Shown here: positions 23,598 to 36,295 of the stretch, one piece after another
How the letters are laid out: the number at the start of each line of letters is the position of its first letter
Numbering within the stretch: the stretch's first letter is position 1
DNA from: Callorhinchus milii
Taxonomy: Eukaryota
DNA: 64,000 nt
NCBI RefSeq assembly: GCF_018977255.1
Contig: NW_024704743.1
Span: 77,192,001 to 77,256,000 of the forward strand
Reading direction: 5' to 3'
Made by a program: the position numbers and the translations under genes
The notes under the pieces: model-generated
Told to the model about the DNA's origin: nothing
Database searches by the model: none
What the model saw: the letters and a program-made list of their open reading frames with translations, nothing else

Positions 23598-24125
23598 AAC
23601 AACAACACCACCTTGCATTTATATAGAGCCGTTCATGTGAGGTAGCCTCCTGGAACGCTTGACAGGGAAGTTGACCCCAAGTCTGCAGATGACATTGCCG
23701 AGAAGGAGCATGTAGATGAGGAAAAGAAGGGGGCCAAGGATGGAGCCTTGCGGTACCCCACAAGTGACCTGGCAGGGTGAGAGGAAAAACCATTGGCCGA
23801 GATGAAGTGCTGGCAGTTGGTTAAGTAGGACTCGAACCATGCGAGTGCTGTCCCACTAAGGTGGATGAGGGAGGAGAGGCGGTGGAGGAGGATGGCGTGG
23901 TCGACTGTATCGAATGTAGCAAAGAGATCCAGGAAGATGAGGAGGCAGAGAGAGCCCTGGTCGTAGGGTGAGCAGACATCATTTGTTACTTTGACGAGTG
24001 CTGTCTCTGTGCTGTGGGCTGGGGGGAAACCAGACTGGAGGGGTTTGAGTAGGAAGTGGAGTTTGAGGTGTGAGCGAAGTTGTTCCAGAGCTTTGGCCAA
24101 GAAGGAAATGAAGTGGGAGAAGAAA
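23598..24125 (-). mobile_element. L2-clade LINE RT fragment, internally deleted, with tail
   Basis: QSGFPPAHSTETALVKVTND, LDLFATFDTVDHAILL and GVPQGSILGPLLF, joined directly to a 3' tail. Confidence 0.88.
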
Positions 24126-26214
24126 GGATATTTCCAGTTGGGTGTTCCCAATTCTTGGTTGCCAAGTAGACTTCCTTGGTTGTTATTTCTAGGCCAGCCA
24201 GTGTATTTTACAGCAACAGTAGGCTCCGTTATTTGGATTTACAGTGGTTTTGCAGCCTTAAAGTATGTATTGTTCTTATGTACTAACTGTTCATGTAGAA
24301 TAGTATGTACATGATTTTAATACTTTAAGACAGGTGCCAAAGAATATGTTCACCATGTCAGTAACAACAATAAGTTTAAGGTTGCCAATTTGTTCTGATA
24401 TATTTTCAAGCCCAATTGAAACGCTGCCACATTATTTGCAATATTTCTTCCAATTCAGTCTGATGAAGTCTATTCACTGTCCCCAGGGGGTGGAGGTAAG
24501 TGGGGTCTATTGGAGCTGAGCTGCCTCCAAGGTGGTACACTGATGACAGAACAGCTATCCAGGCTCATCAGCAAGACTCGGAGGGGCAGACTGGCCACAG
24601 GGATTTTTTCACTCGACCTCTGTTAACTCAGTAGTGGATGGGGACTCGTGTGGTGTATAAATACCAGCACAGGCCAAATGGCCTGTTTCCGTATTGACCA
24701 ATCTATATAAATCTACAAATTATTATCATTCTCACCTTACAATACTTTTGAAATGGAACAATATGTTTCTTCTCTTTCCTGCACTTTGCTAGTACTTTTT
24801 CTAAAAAGCAGCTACCAAGAAGTATTTTCCGATTCATTGGTAAAAGGTGAAAAATTATTTTTTTAAAAAAGCATTTTGCTTGTGTAACAGTAAAATAATG
24901 CTTGACTGTAAAATCAGGAAATAATTAAAAATTGTACTAAATCCTGAAATGGTGAGCCAAGTTGAGTACTAAGAAAAGATTTGTAAAATTCAGTTTTATG
25001 ATAATTCTAACACAATGATTCCAATATTCTTTCCAAGGATATGAAACTGAATGCCAGAAACTAATAATGGGATTAGATTGCCATAAAGATGGAATCTCTG
25101 ACGCTAATGACCTGACTGGTCTTGTCTTTCCAGTCACATTGTGAATCTGCTTAGTTCAGTTCTGAAGTTGGTGAATAAAATTACTTGGAAAATATGACTT
25201 GTTTTGTTGCTGTTCCTGTAGGCGATATCTTTAATCCATCAATGTTGTACTTCATATGTAATTATTACTTGATATGTATGACAGACCGCATACCCTAATG
25301 TGAAAAATACCGTTAATAATTGTCTTTCTGAAATCGAATTTTACACGCAAACTATTTCTGCAAAGGGACTTTATGGAATTGAAAGAATGAAAGGAAGGAT
25401 CCTATTTCAATGTCTTGTTATAATTATCCAGTTCTAAGTATTTCTGGGCAGTCAGTCACTTATCAACAGTTCTGCCATGTGATGAAATGCCCTGTTGTAT
25501 CTAATAACATTGATAATATGAATGCATTACAGCAATAAGTTGCACTTATAGGATGATGTCTTGAGGCTTCAAACCGACGATAGGGGATCACCCAGCAGAG
25601 ACAAAAGAAGGGGAGTGGGGGTTGCTCACCTGTGACTTTTCTGTATCCACCATGTAATGCATTTCTTCATCTGAGCTCATCAAAGAAAGCACTAAATGGA
25701 GGGCTTGGAACAGAATAACCCCCAATCCAGCAAATGCAAATAGCACAGATTTAGGGTAAAATACTTTTCTGAAAACATTTCTTTTATTTTTGGTCAAATT
25801 CATGATTCCGAGCTTACTTAATTTAATTCCGAGCTTACTATTTAATAATTTTATAGTTTTTGTTAAAAACAAATTTATTAACAGGAAACATTTTGGGGAA
25901 AATGTACATAGAAAATAATATGTTTTCTTTCTCATTGGTGTATCAGTTCATTGTTAAAACAAAAAGCACTAAATTACTTCTTATTCTATTTATACTTAAG
26001 AAACATTATATGCCTTGTACCAGCAACAAAAAAAGATAACATGAAAACTGCTCTGGTGGCTCTTGTTAAATTCACTACTAAGCCATAAACATCAGGAAGA
26101 TCCTCGGTATGATCCTAATCTGTGATAAATTATCCATTGAACATTAAACCGTAAGATTTGTGGGCCGGACACACCTTCTGCCATCACTGCCTGTTAACTT
26201 ATATGATATTGTAT

Positions 26215-26890
26215 AATACTAAGCCAATCAGGAACCTTGGCATCTTGTTTGACCCTCAACTGTCCTTTCTCCTCCACATCTGTGCCATGACCCACTCTGC
26301 CTTACCCCACCTCCACAACATTGGCTGGCTCCGCCGCTGCCTCACCCCTCAGGCAGCTGAAACCCTCATTCACGCGTTCATCATGCCTAAGCTCGACTAC
26401 ACCAATTCCCTGCTTGTCGGCCTTCCCAACTCTTCTCTCCACAAGCTGCAGATCATCCAGAACTCTGTAGCTCATCTCCTCTCCCACAACAGGCTCTGTG
26501 ACCCCATCCCACCCACCCTCACTCGGTTCCACTGGCTCTCCATCCTTCAAAGGATAGAGTTCAAAATCCTTGTCCTCACCTTCAAGACCCTCCACGGCCT
26601 TGCCCCTCCCTACCTCTCTGACCTACTAACCCCATAATCAACCTGTCCACTGCCTCCGCTCAGCACACTCCGGCCTGCTCCATGTCCCTCGCCCAGCCAG
26701 CCCCACCATCGCGGTCGGCCTTCATCCTCTCTGCCCCCACCCTTTGGAACTTCAGCCCACATTCCCTCCCTCCCTTGCCACCTTCATCCGTGCCTTCACT
26801 GCCCTCCACCCTTTCTTACCACAACCCCCACCCATTTGGGTCCAAATCCCTGACTGTCAAGCGCCTTTTGTAAATGTAATTTGGTATTGT
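26215..26890 (+). mobile_element. L2-clade LINE 3' fragment
   Basis: IRNLGILFDPQLSF...LDYTNSLLVGLP...HWLSILQRIEFKILVLTFKTLHGLAPPYLSDLL. Confidence 0.9.
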
Positions 26891-27854
26891 ATTATAACGA
26901 TGTTTAAATTTATTTGACTTCATCTTATGACATCCTTTTTCTTCAGTACTTTAATATGCTTAATCACTTAATTTTTCAGTTTAGCTTTCTTTATCCTTAG
27001 ATAAATGTCATTCAGTTTTGTGTTTTCTTGACTTGGAGCATCCACATTCCTTTAGCTATTTGTTTTTCACATTTTAGCCCCTGTTTTCATTTTTTTTCCT
27101 GAAGTGCCTTTGCTAGCACACTTGCAGAATGAAATTCCCTTCAGGACTTTGGACTTTGTCCTCACATTGGGCAATCAGCCTTTATTCCTCCATTGATGTC
27201 TTGCCAATATTCACCCATTTTGAAAAATAATCAGGATTTGATTATTGAGTCCGATTGAGTCCAAATCTGATGTGTGCTCCTATTCAATGCAAGAAAATAA
27301 AAAGGAAAAGAATAAGGATGCTGAAAATCTGAAATACTAAATCTGGTGTCTACCCTTATTCAATGCAAGAACACTGCATAAAAAGAAAACGTGCAGAAAT
27401 GCCAGGAAATCCAGACAAGAGAAAGTTTTGGAGATGACCATTCATCAGACTTCATCAGTACTGACACATTTCTGGAATATATTTAAGTAAATACTTAATA
27501 GAATCACTAGATGGCACTGTTTAATAAGGAAATATACTTGTCATGTAATAAATGACAGAAATGCTAAAATGTTAAAAGTGCGTAATCATTTACTTTTGTT
27601 TAAACTTACACCTTTCATTACTTACCTAATTTAAACATCAAAGCAAATGACTGTTGTCACAACTTGACAAAAATGAATGTATCTTGAAAGGTACAATAAT
27701 CATTGGCTAAAGAGCAACTCTGTTTACTTATGATACTAGGTGCTGAATATACCATGCTGACGATCGGAGAGTTACCTTAGAGGAGTTCCTGAGCCTGATA
27801 GCAACTAGAGAGCTGGACCAACATATGATCATGATTCTGTTCATGATTAAGTGT

Positions 27855-28080
27855 CAGCCTGGCTCAATTCACAGCACTCGTGCCATTGAATCAGAAGGTT
27901 GTGGATTGAAGCCCTATGTTGGAACTTTGAAGTCACAGTCCAGGCTGACACTTCAACGCTGTACTGTTCCTTTGGATGAGGCATTAAACCAAGGTCCCAT
28001 CCACCTATTCAGATGAACCTTAAAGATCTATGGCACTACTTAAAAGGAGAAGTATTATTGCTCGGGGCAACAATCCCCCC
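27855..28080 (+). mobile_element. Deu-domain SINE (SacSINE/AmnSINE-like)
   Basis: tRNA-like head, then caggctgacact, ggatgaggcattaaaccaaggtcccat and aaagatctatggcacta. Confidence 0.65.
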
Positions 28081-28089
28081 CAAAAAATT

Positions 28090-28632
28090 TGCTCCTTCCT
28101 ACCTCTGTGATCTCCTAACCCCACTACCAACCTGTCCGCTCCCTCCGCTCAGTGGGCTCTGGCCTACTTCACGTCCCCTGCCATGCCCGCTCCTCCATTG
28201 GCGGGCGGGCCTTCAGTCTCTCTGCCCCCATTCTTTGGAACTCCATCCCACAGTCCCTTGCCTCCTTCGAAACCCCTCTCAAGACCCTCCTCTTTGACCG
28301 TGTCTTCAGTCACCCCACTACCCCTAACCTCCCCGCCCTCCACCCCTCCTGATTCCAACCACCAGCTCAGATGTGGATCACTGACTGTTCAGCACTTGGG
28401 ATGTCCTCCTGATGAGAAAGGCGCTGTACAAACATAATTTCTTGTTGTTGTCATTTACTTCATGCCTGTTTGTGGGATATTGCTTTGCACAAATTGGCTG
28501 CTGTAATTGTGGACAAAATACACAACCACTCCAATTTACAGCAAATTTTGCAAAACGTTTTGAGATGCAGTCCAACGTTAAAGGTGCTGTATCAAATGCA
28601 AGAATATAAAATGCAAGGCTTATTATTATCAT
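28090..28632 (+). mobile_element. L2 3' fragment followed by a SINE 3' half
   Basis: GGRAFSLSAPILWNSIP; (TTG)n tail at about 28450; SINE tail at about 28630. Confidence 0.75.
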
Positions 28633-29984
28633 CAGCTAAGATATTGTAGATTATTCAATTTACTGATGTTGGTTTATCTATCCAACACTTGATCTTTCCA
28701 CCTATGTGGGAAGTATTGCCCGATTATGGTAAGAAGGAACTGCAGCAGTCCAGCATTTGAAATTCAAAAAAGTCACTCGAGGAGCTCAGACTGTAGAGTT
28801 CAGTTTGTTGGATCTAGGTTAACGGGAAACCGGATAAATATATTTTACGCCCTGTGGTTTTAACAGATTTTTGGCTCACCAATAAAGTTGGATTTGGACC
28901 TATATAGAAAATTTATAGCACTTTTCCGTTTTAGAAAGATCTCAATTCCCACAAATTATCAGTTAACATTCTTTTGAGGTCTTTTTCTCATGCTCTTTGG
29001 TTGAGTTTATATTTAGAGATCTCTTTCAACCTTTTCTCCCAATAATTTGTACAGCGACATGCAATATGCAAATATAACAGTAGATGGCGATCCTTACTAA
29101 GAAAAGACAGCAACCAACAGAAATGAAACACTCAAGGGGGCAATATATTTGATTCTTTCCATGTTAAATATGGAATTTTAATGGACTTCCCAAAAATGCT
29201 ACATTAAATTGGAAACAAATGCAAAGCAATAAACAAGTATGGGTCTTTATTCAGATCACAATTTTTTTAATGCAAAAGCAAAACTTAAGTTTCATTAATG
29301 ATGAAGCTCAATTGTGCATGGTACATGTGGTTCTTAGCCTAGTTATCACAAGCTCAGGACCTGCTTGATTTCCCATATATTATCTATTGTAAATGATGTG
29401 AAGAGGCTGCTGTTTTGAAAATTAAAATATTGAACTTGAAAGCATGTGAAGCTAGTGGCCATTGGGTTTTTACACTGCTGAGTGGAATGGAACAAGGGTT
29501 CTTATTGATCTAAGGATGTAATACCTGAAGGAAAATTGGATTTATACCTGCAGTATTACTGTGAAACGTAGTGATTGGGTCACATACAGTTTTATCACTA
29601 GTGAATTAGACACTGGAGAAAAGACTTATCCTATTGCTCAGGCAAACTCTTGATACCTGGCTGGGTATTGTTTACAACACTGTGGATCATATATGATATC
29701 ATTACAATAAGTTATGTGTATTTAACAGTAATTTATGGAAACAGTAAATGATTGTTTTTAGCTAACATTGCAACCAAGCAACTACAAGAAATTATGTGAT
29801 TTCCTTACAGCCCAATAGAAAAATCTGTCTTCTAATTTGCTAGGTAAGCGCTGAGAAACAATCTTGCAATCTGCACTTCCTATGTGACTCCACAAACTAT
29901 CATTCAACAGTGGTTTCTGCGATCATATCAGAGGCTTGGCCAAGCCATTCCAAAGTTCCCAAATTCCACCCAACCCTAGTCTGT

Positions 29985-30960
29985 AAGACAACAAATTGCA
30001 CTTGTATGGTACTTTCACATAGGATAACATCTCAATGCGATTTACAGGGATGTGTGGGAACCAAAGCAAGGTGGGAAACGAGGGAGAACAGAAAAGTGGT
30101 TGAAAGAAGCCGTTTTTTGGAAGGCTTTTGAAAACAGACAGGGCCTGTGAGCAGAGGGATTTTGGGGGAGAGTTCTAGAGAGTGGGCCATAGTGGTTGAA
30201 CGCTGTTGCCAATGGTGGGAAACAGAGGAAGGGAACATACAGCAGGCTTAAGTGGATGGGACATTGAGCCTGGAGAAGATTGCAGAGGTTCGATGGGATG
30301 ACGGAGCGAAGGTATTTGAAAGTCAGAACTAAGATTTTGAATTTGATCTGCCAGGAAAAAGCAGCCAATGGATCCTGGTAAATGGGAGTGATGGTCTTGA
30401 GATGCTTAGTAAAAAGGAATTGGTGTGATTGGTAGAATTCTGAATAAGCTGGAGTTAATGGCTTGTTGAGTTAGTAAGACTGGAGAGAAGAGCAGAATTC
30501 AAGTCTGGAGATTGTGATGGCATGAAGGGTTTCAGCAGAATTACGGTTGAGATAACAAATGGAAGCAAATTATATTATATCATTGTGAATGTCAAGCGCT
30601 ATGAGTTGCTACCCTGCATGAGGGGCGCTATATAAATGCAAGTTGTTGTTGTTATACAGTGGAGAAGAGCTTTCAGAGATGGAGAAAAATGTTTTGGTCC
30701 AGGATACGATGCAATGCTTAAATGAGAGCTGAAGGCCGAATAAAACAGCAAAATTGTGCGCTGACTCAGTATTTGAATGTCTGACTCGGTCTCAATTTCT
30801 GAGCTATGGTGTTCAAATAGAGAGCTTGATAGGGTTAGAGCAAGATATGAGGAAGTATTGGTGGAATCCAAGCAAGATTGTTTTGATTTTGTGGACATTA
30901 GGGTGAAAGAAGTTAAGGTTAATTTAGGACTTCATTTCAAATAGGCACTACGACAGGGCA
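29985..30960 (-). mobile_element. Old L2-like LINE fragment with an inserted tail
   Basis: QIKFKILVLTFKYLRSVIPSNLCNLL; highly degenerate. Confidence 0.6.
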
Positions 30961-31007
30961 GCACTTTACCTGCAGTTGAGAATTGAAGCAGAGGGTTGGT
31001 TGTCATT

Positions 31008-31395
31008 AATAATAATAATAATAATAATAATCCTTGATTTGAAATAGCACCTTATCATATCTTTGAGATGTCTCAAGGAAGGTGCTTGTCAGAATAAACT
31101 GTAAAGTGAATTGACTGTATATTTTGTGGGTGAAACGCGGCAGACAATTGTACACAGCCATGACCCACAAACAGTCGTGGATTGAGTGAGCAATTTATTA
31201 TTATTTTTTTGGAGGAATTATTATCCCCAGAAAAGCGATCCACCAATCGGCTAACAACCGGGTTCCTATTTACTGCTAAGTTATCAGAGCTTTGTGGAGT
31301 AAGGAAATGTGCCCAACGTTTCGCCCAGCCTGGGAATCAAACCCAGGTCTCTCGCTTGCGAGGAGAGTGCTCTAAACACTGAGCTACAGGACTCA
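31008..31395 (-). mobile_element. Full-length tRNA-derived SINE
   Basis: Reverse complement: gtcctgtagctcagtgtttagagcactctcctcgcaagcgagagacctgggtttgattccc ... (TTA)n tail. Confidence 0.85.
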
Positions 31396-31716
31396 TTGGT
31401 GTGCATATGCAGGTTGATGAATGCTTGTGGATGATGTCAGCATGAGGGAGCATATAGATGAGAAACAGAAGAGGAGCAAGGATAGAGAAACACTAGACAG
31501 GGCCATTCAGGGACAGGAAGAGATGCTGTTTGAAGTGAAGTCATTGGGACAGGTTTGGTCCCCAGAACATGTTGTCTTAAAATGTAAGATTTCATAGAAT
31601 TTTTAAAAATTCTTAAATTCATCCTTAATTTGGAAACTGTTTTCCTTCACTTTTTAAGAAGAAATAAAGACTGAATTTAACTGTACATTTTGAGACTCTT
31701 ACATTTTAAGACAATC

Positions 31717-31995
31717 TGTCCTGTAGCTCAGTGATTAGAGCACTCGCCTTGCAAGCAAGATACCTGGATTTGATTCCCTGCAGTGTGAAACCTTGGGCAA
31801 GTTTCCTTCTCCACATGCCTGATAATAATCCCTCAAGAAAAAAAAATTGGTCAGTTCAATGGACGGCTGTTTGTGGGACACTGCTATGCGCAATTGGCTG
31901 CGGCGTTTTGCCCACAAACAATATATTCTGTGAAGTGCTTTGAGACATCTAGAAGACGTGAAAAGCACTATATCAAATGCGAGGATTATTATTAT
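31717..31995 (+). mobile_element. tRNA-derived SINE
   Basis: gtcctgtagctcagtgattagagcactcgcc head and shared tail. Confidence 0.85.
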
Positions 31996-32644
31996 CTTAC
32001 ATTTTAAGACGGTATTACATTTTAAACCCAAAATATTCTTACAAGCTAAGATTAGATGGGTATTTCAGGTCTTCTGAGTCTTTAACAATGCAATTTTTCT
32101 GGCTACTTTGAAAATAAATATAATAAATCCTTAAAATGTTATTCTACTTCTCTGGTGGCATAAACTCCTTTGACCCCCCCCTTCCCCCACCTCCCCCAAC
32201 CCACCCCCCACTCCAAACAATTAACAAAACATTCTTGACACCGGAAACCATTTAGAAACTATCCCACTATTCTTGTAATGTTTATAGTTGTTATTGTTAC
32301 AGGCATAGATAAGAGATCACAGGCAACTCAACCCTCCTTCAGTCTCTTTGATTTGCTTTACCAATAACCCATTGAACAGACATTATTAAGCAGTTCTTTG
32401 GAAATGCAAATGTTTGTATTATGTACAGTGTGCCCTCCTTTAAAGAGTTGAAAAACTTTCCTGAGGCTAGATTTTCAGTTGAGGTTGTTTTTGTGCATGT
32501 GGGGTATCAGTGAAGCCTGGGCATCAAGGTGCATTATACATTTTCCTGACTCTTTAATACTCTATTTATAATCCAGCACCACCTTTTATAGCAACTCTGC
32601 TATGTATACCTGTGCTGGGTTTAGTTTACAGTTAGCACTTTCCC

Positions 32645-33623
32645 CTGGGTCCTTCTCAGATTGGCAGGTTGTGACTAGTGGAGTGCCGCAAGGATCAGTG
32701 CTTGGGCCTCAACTGTTTACAGTCTACATCAATGACTTACAGAACAGTACAGAATGAGAAAATAGAGCTTAATGTATCAAAATTCGTGGACGATACAAAG
32801 CTCGGTGGGAAAATAAGCTGCGAGGAGGACACAAGGAGGATGCAAAGGGATGCAGACAGGTTAAATGAGTGGGCAAGAAGGTGGCAGATGGAGTACAATG
32901 TGGGGAATTGTGAAGTTATTCACCTAGGTAAAAAAACTGGAAAATTGGATTATTTTCGAGAGGGGAAGAGGATAGATAATGTTACTATTCAGAGGGATTT
33001 AGGTTTCTTGTACACCAATCACAGAAAGTTAGTATTCAGGTACAGCAAGCAATTACCAAGGCTAGTAGCATGTTAGCGTTTATTGCAAAGGGGTTAGAGT
33101 ACAAGAGTAGGGAAGTCTTGCTGCAATTGTATAGGGCCTTGGTGAGACTGCACCCGGAATATTGTGTACAGTTTTGGTCTCTTTATCTAAGAAAGAATAT
33201 ACTCGCCTAGAGGGGGTGCAATGTAGGTTCACTAGGTTGGTTCCTGGGATGAGGGGGTTGATCTACGAGGAGAGGTTGAGTAGACTAGACCTATATTCTC
33301 TAGAATATAGAAGAATTAGAGGTGATCTTATAGAAACCTATAAGATTCTTAAGGGTCTTGGCAGGGTAGATAGTGTGAGACTGTTTCCCCTGGTTGGACA
33401 ATCTAAAACTAGGGGTCATAGTCTCAGGATTAAAGGTCAGCCCTTTAGAACTGAGTTGAGAAAACATTTCTTCACTCAGAAGGTAGTGAATTTATGGAAT
33501 TCTCTACCCCAGAAGGCTGTGGATGCTCAGTCCTTGAACATATTCAAGACTGAGGTTGATAGATTTTTAAAAACTAAAGGGATTAAGGGATATGGGGATA
33601 GGGCAGGTAAATAGAATTAGGTT
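32645..33623 (+). mobile_element. CR1-clade LINE, 5'-truncated RT/C-terminal part (host element, left portion)
   Basis: [15 protein letters not shown] segment, SKFVDDTKLGG, WQMEYNVGNCEVIH and RIRGDLIETYKILKG; frameshifted. Its 3' UTR resumes at 36296. Confidence 0.92.
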
Positions 33624-36295
33624 AGAACATAAGAACATAAGAACATAAGAATTAGGAGCAGGAGTAGGCCATTCGGCCCTTCATGCCTGCCCCGCCATTG
33701 AATAAGATCATGGCTGATCTTCTCACCTAACTCTGATTACCTGCCCTATCCCCATATCCCCTAATACCTCTATTTTTCAAGAATCTATCAGTCTCAGCCT
33801 TGAAAATGTTCAAGAACTGAGCATCTACAGCCTTCTGGGGTAGTGAATTCCATAAGTTCATTACCCTCTGAGTGAAGAAATGTTTCCTCAACTCTGTTCT
33901 AAGAGGCTGACCCTTAATTTTAAGACCGTGACCCCTGGTTATAGATTCTCCTACCAGGGGAGACAGTCCCTCTGTGTCGATTTTATCCAGCCCTTTAAGA
34001 ATCTTATAAGTTTCAATAAGATCCCCCCTAATTATTCTGTACTCTAGAGAATACAGCCCTAGTTTATTCAGCCTATCCTCATAGGTCAGTCCCCTCATCC
34101 CAGGAACTAACCGAGTGAATCTACGCTGCACCCCCTCTAGGGCAAGTATGTCCTTTTTTAAATAAGGAGACCAAAACTGCACACAATACTCTAGGTGCGG
34201 TCTCACCAAAGCCCTATACAGTTGCAGCAAGACTTCCCTACTCTTATATTCTAAACCTTTCGAAATGAACGCTAACATGCCGTTCGCCTTCTTAGTTGCT
34301 TGCTGCACCTGCAAACTAACTTTTTGGGACTGGTGTACAAGGACACCCAAATCCCTTTGAATACTAACACTATCTAACTTCTCCCCTTCCAGAAAATAAT
34401 CTGTTCTTTTATTCTTGCTACCTAGGTGAATAATTTCACACTTGCTAACATTGAATTCCATCTGCCACCTACTTGCCCACTCCCCTAGCCTATCTATATC
34501 TTGTTGCAATCTTTTTGCATCATCCTGAGAGCTCACTCTGCTACCTATCTCAGTAGCCACCTCCTTTAAAACTCTCGGATGCAGGCCATCCTGTCCAGGG
34601 GATTTATCGGTTTTAAGACCCGACAATTTACCTAGAACCATTTCTTTACTAATGTTAATCTCCCTAAGTTGCTCGCTAACATTGTCTTCTTGGTCCTCTA
34701 TTTTTGGTATGTTTCCAGTGTCTTCTACGGTGAAGACTGTAGAAAAATACTTGTTTAATGACTCTGCCATGTCTTTGTCCCCTATTATAATTCCTCCGGT
34801 CTCTACCTGTAATGGACCCACATTCACCCTCGCTAGCCTTTTCCTCTTTATATATTTGTAAAAACTCTTGGAATCTGTTTTTATTTTCTTTGCTAGTTTG
34901 CCCTCGTAATCTATTTTCTCTCTCTTGATCAATTTTTTGGTCCTCCTCTGTTGTTCCCTAAAGTTCTCCCAATCCTCGGGTTTACTACTCATCTTCGCTG
35001 TTTTATAGGCTTTTTCTTTTGATTTGATACTTTCCCTAACTGCTCTAGTTAGCCATGGCTGCACCACCTTTCCCATGGGATTCTTATTCCTCAAAGGAAT
35101 ATGTGCTCGTTGGGAATTTTGCACTCTCTCCTTGAATGTCTGCCATTGCTGGTCTACCGTCAAATCGTTAAGTTTAGTCTCCCAGTTTATTCTGGCTAAA
35201 TCCTCTCTCATACCAGCAAAGTTGGCTCGATTTAAATTGAAGACTTTTGCTTCAGACTTAACTACTTCCCTCTCTAACTTAACGCTAAATTCCATCATAT
35301 TATGATCGCTTTGCCCTATAGGAGCCTTAAGTTCCAGTTTGCTGATCAGCCCTGTTTCATTACACAAAACAAGGTCTAATATGGCTTGTTCCCTGGTCGG
35401 CTCCTCAGCATATTGATCTAGAAAATTATCTCTAATACATTCTATAAACTCCTCTTCTATGTTACCTTTCCCAATTTGGTTGTCCCAGTCTATGTGCAGG
35501 TTAAAATCACCCACAATTAGTGTCTTTCCTTTGCTACATGCTCCACTAATCTCTTGATTTATACCTTGAGCGATACTTTGACCACTGTTTGGGGGTCTAT
35601 AAACTACTCCCACTATAGTTTTCTGCCCCTTGAAGTTACGTATCTCTACCCATACTGACTCTACATCTTGCTTTTCAGATTTAAAATCTTTCCTCTCTAC
35701 TGTTTTTATCCCATCCTTTATTAGCAGGGCCACTCCCCCTCCTCGTTTACCACATCGCCTATCTTTCCTATATACCACGTAGCCGGGAATATTCATTTCC
35801 CATCCCTGATCACCCTGTAACCATGTCTCGGTGATGGCTACTAGATCATACCGGTTTGTCTCTATTTGTGCAACTAATTCATCTATCTTGTTACGAATGC
35901 TTCGTGCATTCAGATATAGTGCCCTTAATTCTGACTTCCGGCTATTAACCCAATTCACCAGCACTCTATCACTGTACTTCCTTTCCCTGCTTGACACACT
36001 TTGCTCTTCTCCCTTGTTAATCTACTCTCTTGCTTTTGTTGATCTCAAGTTTAACTGTAGTGGACTATACTTTACTATGTTCTTACCTCCCCCCCTTAGT
36101 GGTTTAAAGCCCTTTCTACCTCCCTATTTATTCGCGTAGCCAGGACATTTGTCCCAGCCCTATTTAGGTGGAGCCCATTCCTTTGGAAAAGCTCCCATCT
36201 TCCACAATACTCGTGCCAGTGGCCCATGAATTGGAATTCCTGCTCTCTGCACCACTGCCAGGCATAAAAGAGTGGTGCGGAGAGCAGGAATTGCA
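33624..36295 (-). mobile_element. CR1-clade LINE (ORF1 3' end, ORF2 with RT deletion, 3' UTR and (TTCTTATG)n tail) nested in the previous element
   Basis: ORF1 esterase-like NGLHLNRAG at about 36100-36260. ORF2 33727-35997 has APE motifs. Tail agaacataagaacataagaacataagaa at 33624-33651. Confidence 0.93.
33727..35997 (-). CDS. CR1 ORF2 derivative: APE endonuclease fused in frame to the post-RT C-terminus (756 codons open)
   Basis: YLNARS, ITETW, VYRPP, GDFN, LDLVL and SDH endonuclease motifs are present. KSPGQDGLHPRVLKEVATEI joins directly to GSRVSSQDDAKRLQ, with no NYRP, PQG or xADD. The annotated start is GTG, so the true start is uncertain. Confidence 0.75.
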   Translation of the reverse strand: MSSRERKYSDRVLVNWVNSRKSELRALYLNARSIRNKIDELVAQIETNRYDLVAITETWLQGDQGWEMNIPGYVVYRKDRRCGKRGGGVALLIKDGIKTVERKDFKSEKQDVESVWVEIRNFKGQKTIVGVVYRPPNSGQSIAQGINQEISGACSKGKTLIVGDFNLHIDWDNQIGKGNIEEEFIECIRDNFLDQYAEEPTREQAILDLVLCNETGLISKLELKAPIGQSDHNMMEFSVKLEREVVKSEAKVFNLNRANFAGMREDLARINWETKLNDLTVDQQWQTFKERVQNSQRAHIPLRNKNPMGKVVQPWLTRAVRESIKSKEKAYKTAKMSSKPEDWENFREQQRRTKKLIKREKIDYEGKLAKKIKTDSKSFYKYIKRKRLARVNVGPLQVETGGIIIGDKDMAESLNKYFSTVFTVEDTGNIPKIEDQEDNVSEQLREINISKEMVLGKLSGLKTDKSPGQDGLHPRVLKEVATEIGSRVSSQDDAKRLQQDIDRLGEWASRWQMEFNVSKCEIIHLGSKNKRTDYFLEGEKLDSVSIQRDLGVLVHQSQKVSLQVQQATKKANGMLAFISKGLEYKSREVLLQLYRALVRPHLEYCVQFWSPYLKKDILALEGVQRRFTRLVPGMRGLTYEDRLNKLGLYSLEYRIIRGDLIETYKILKGLDKIDTEGLSPLVGESITRGHGLKIKGQPLRTELRKHFFTQRVMNLWNSLPQKAVDAQFLNIFKAETDRFLKNRGIRGYGDRAGNQS

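Noticed and set aside
24193..24261. Possible plus-strand exon (tttctAG...AA|GTATGT) of a gene divergent from TXNL4A
   Set aside because: The open frames resemble no protein I recognise, and no partner exons were found.
25474..25567. Possible C/D box snoRNA (GTGATGA ... TTGA with GCC/GGC ends)
   Set aside because: The D box is TTGA rather than CTGA, there is no evident host intron, and no guide was recognised.
33624..33651. Short direct-repeat array resembling CRISPR
   Set aside because: An 8-bp CR1 tail repeat with no spacers, in a eukaryotic context.
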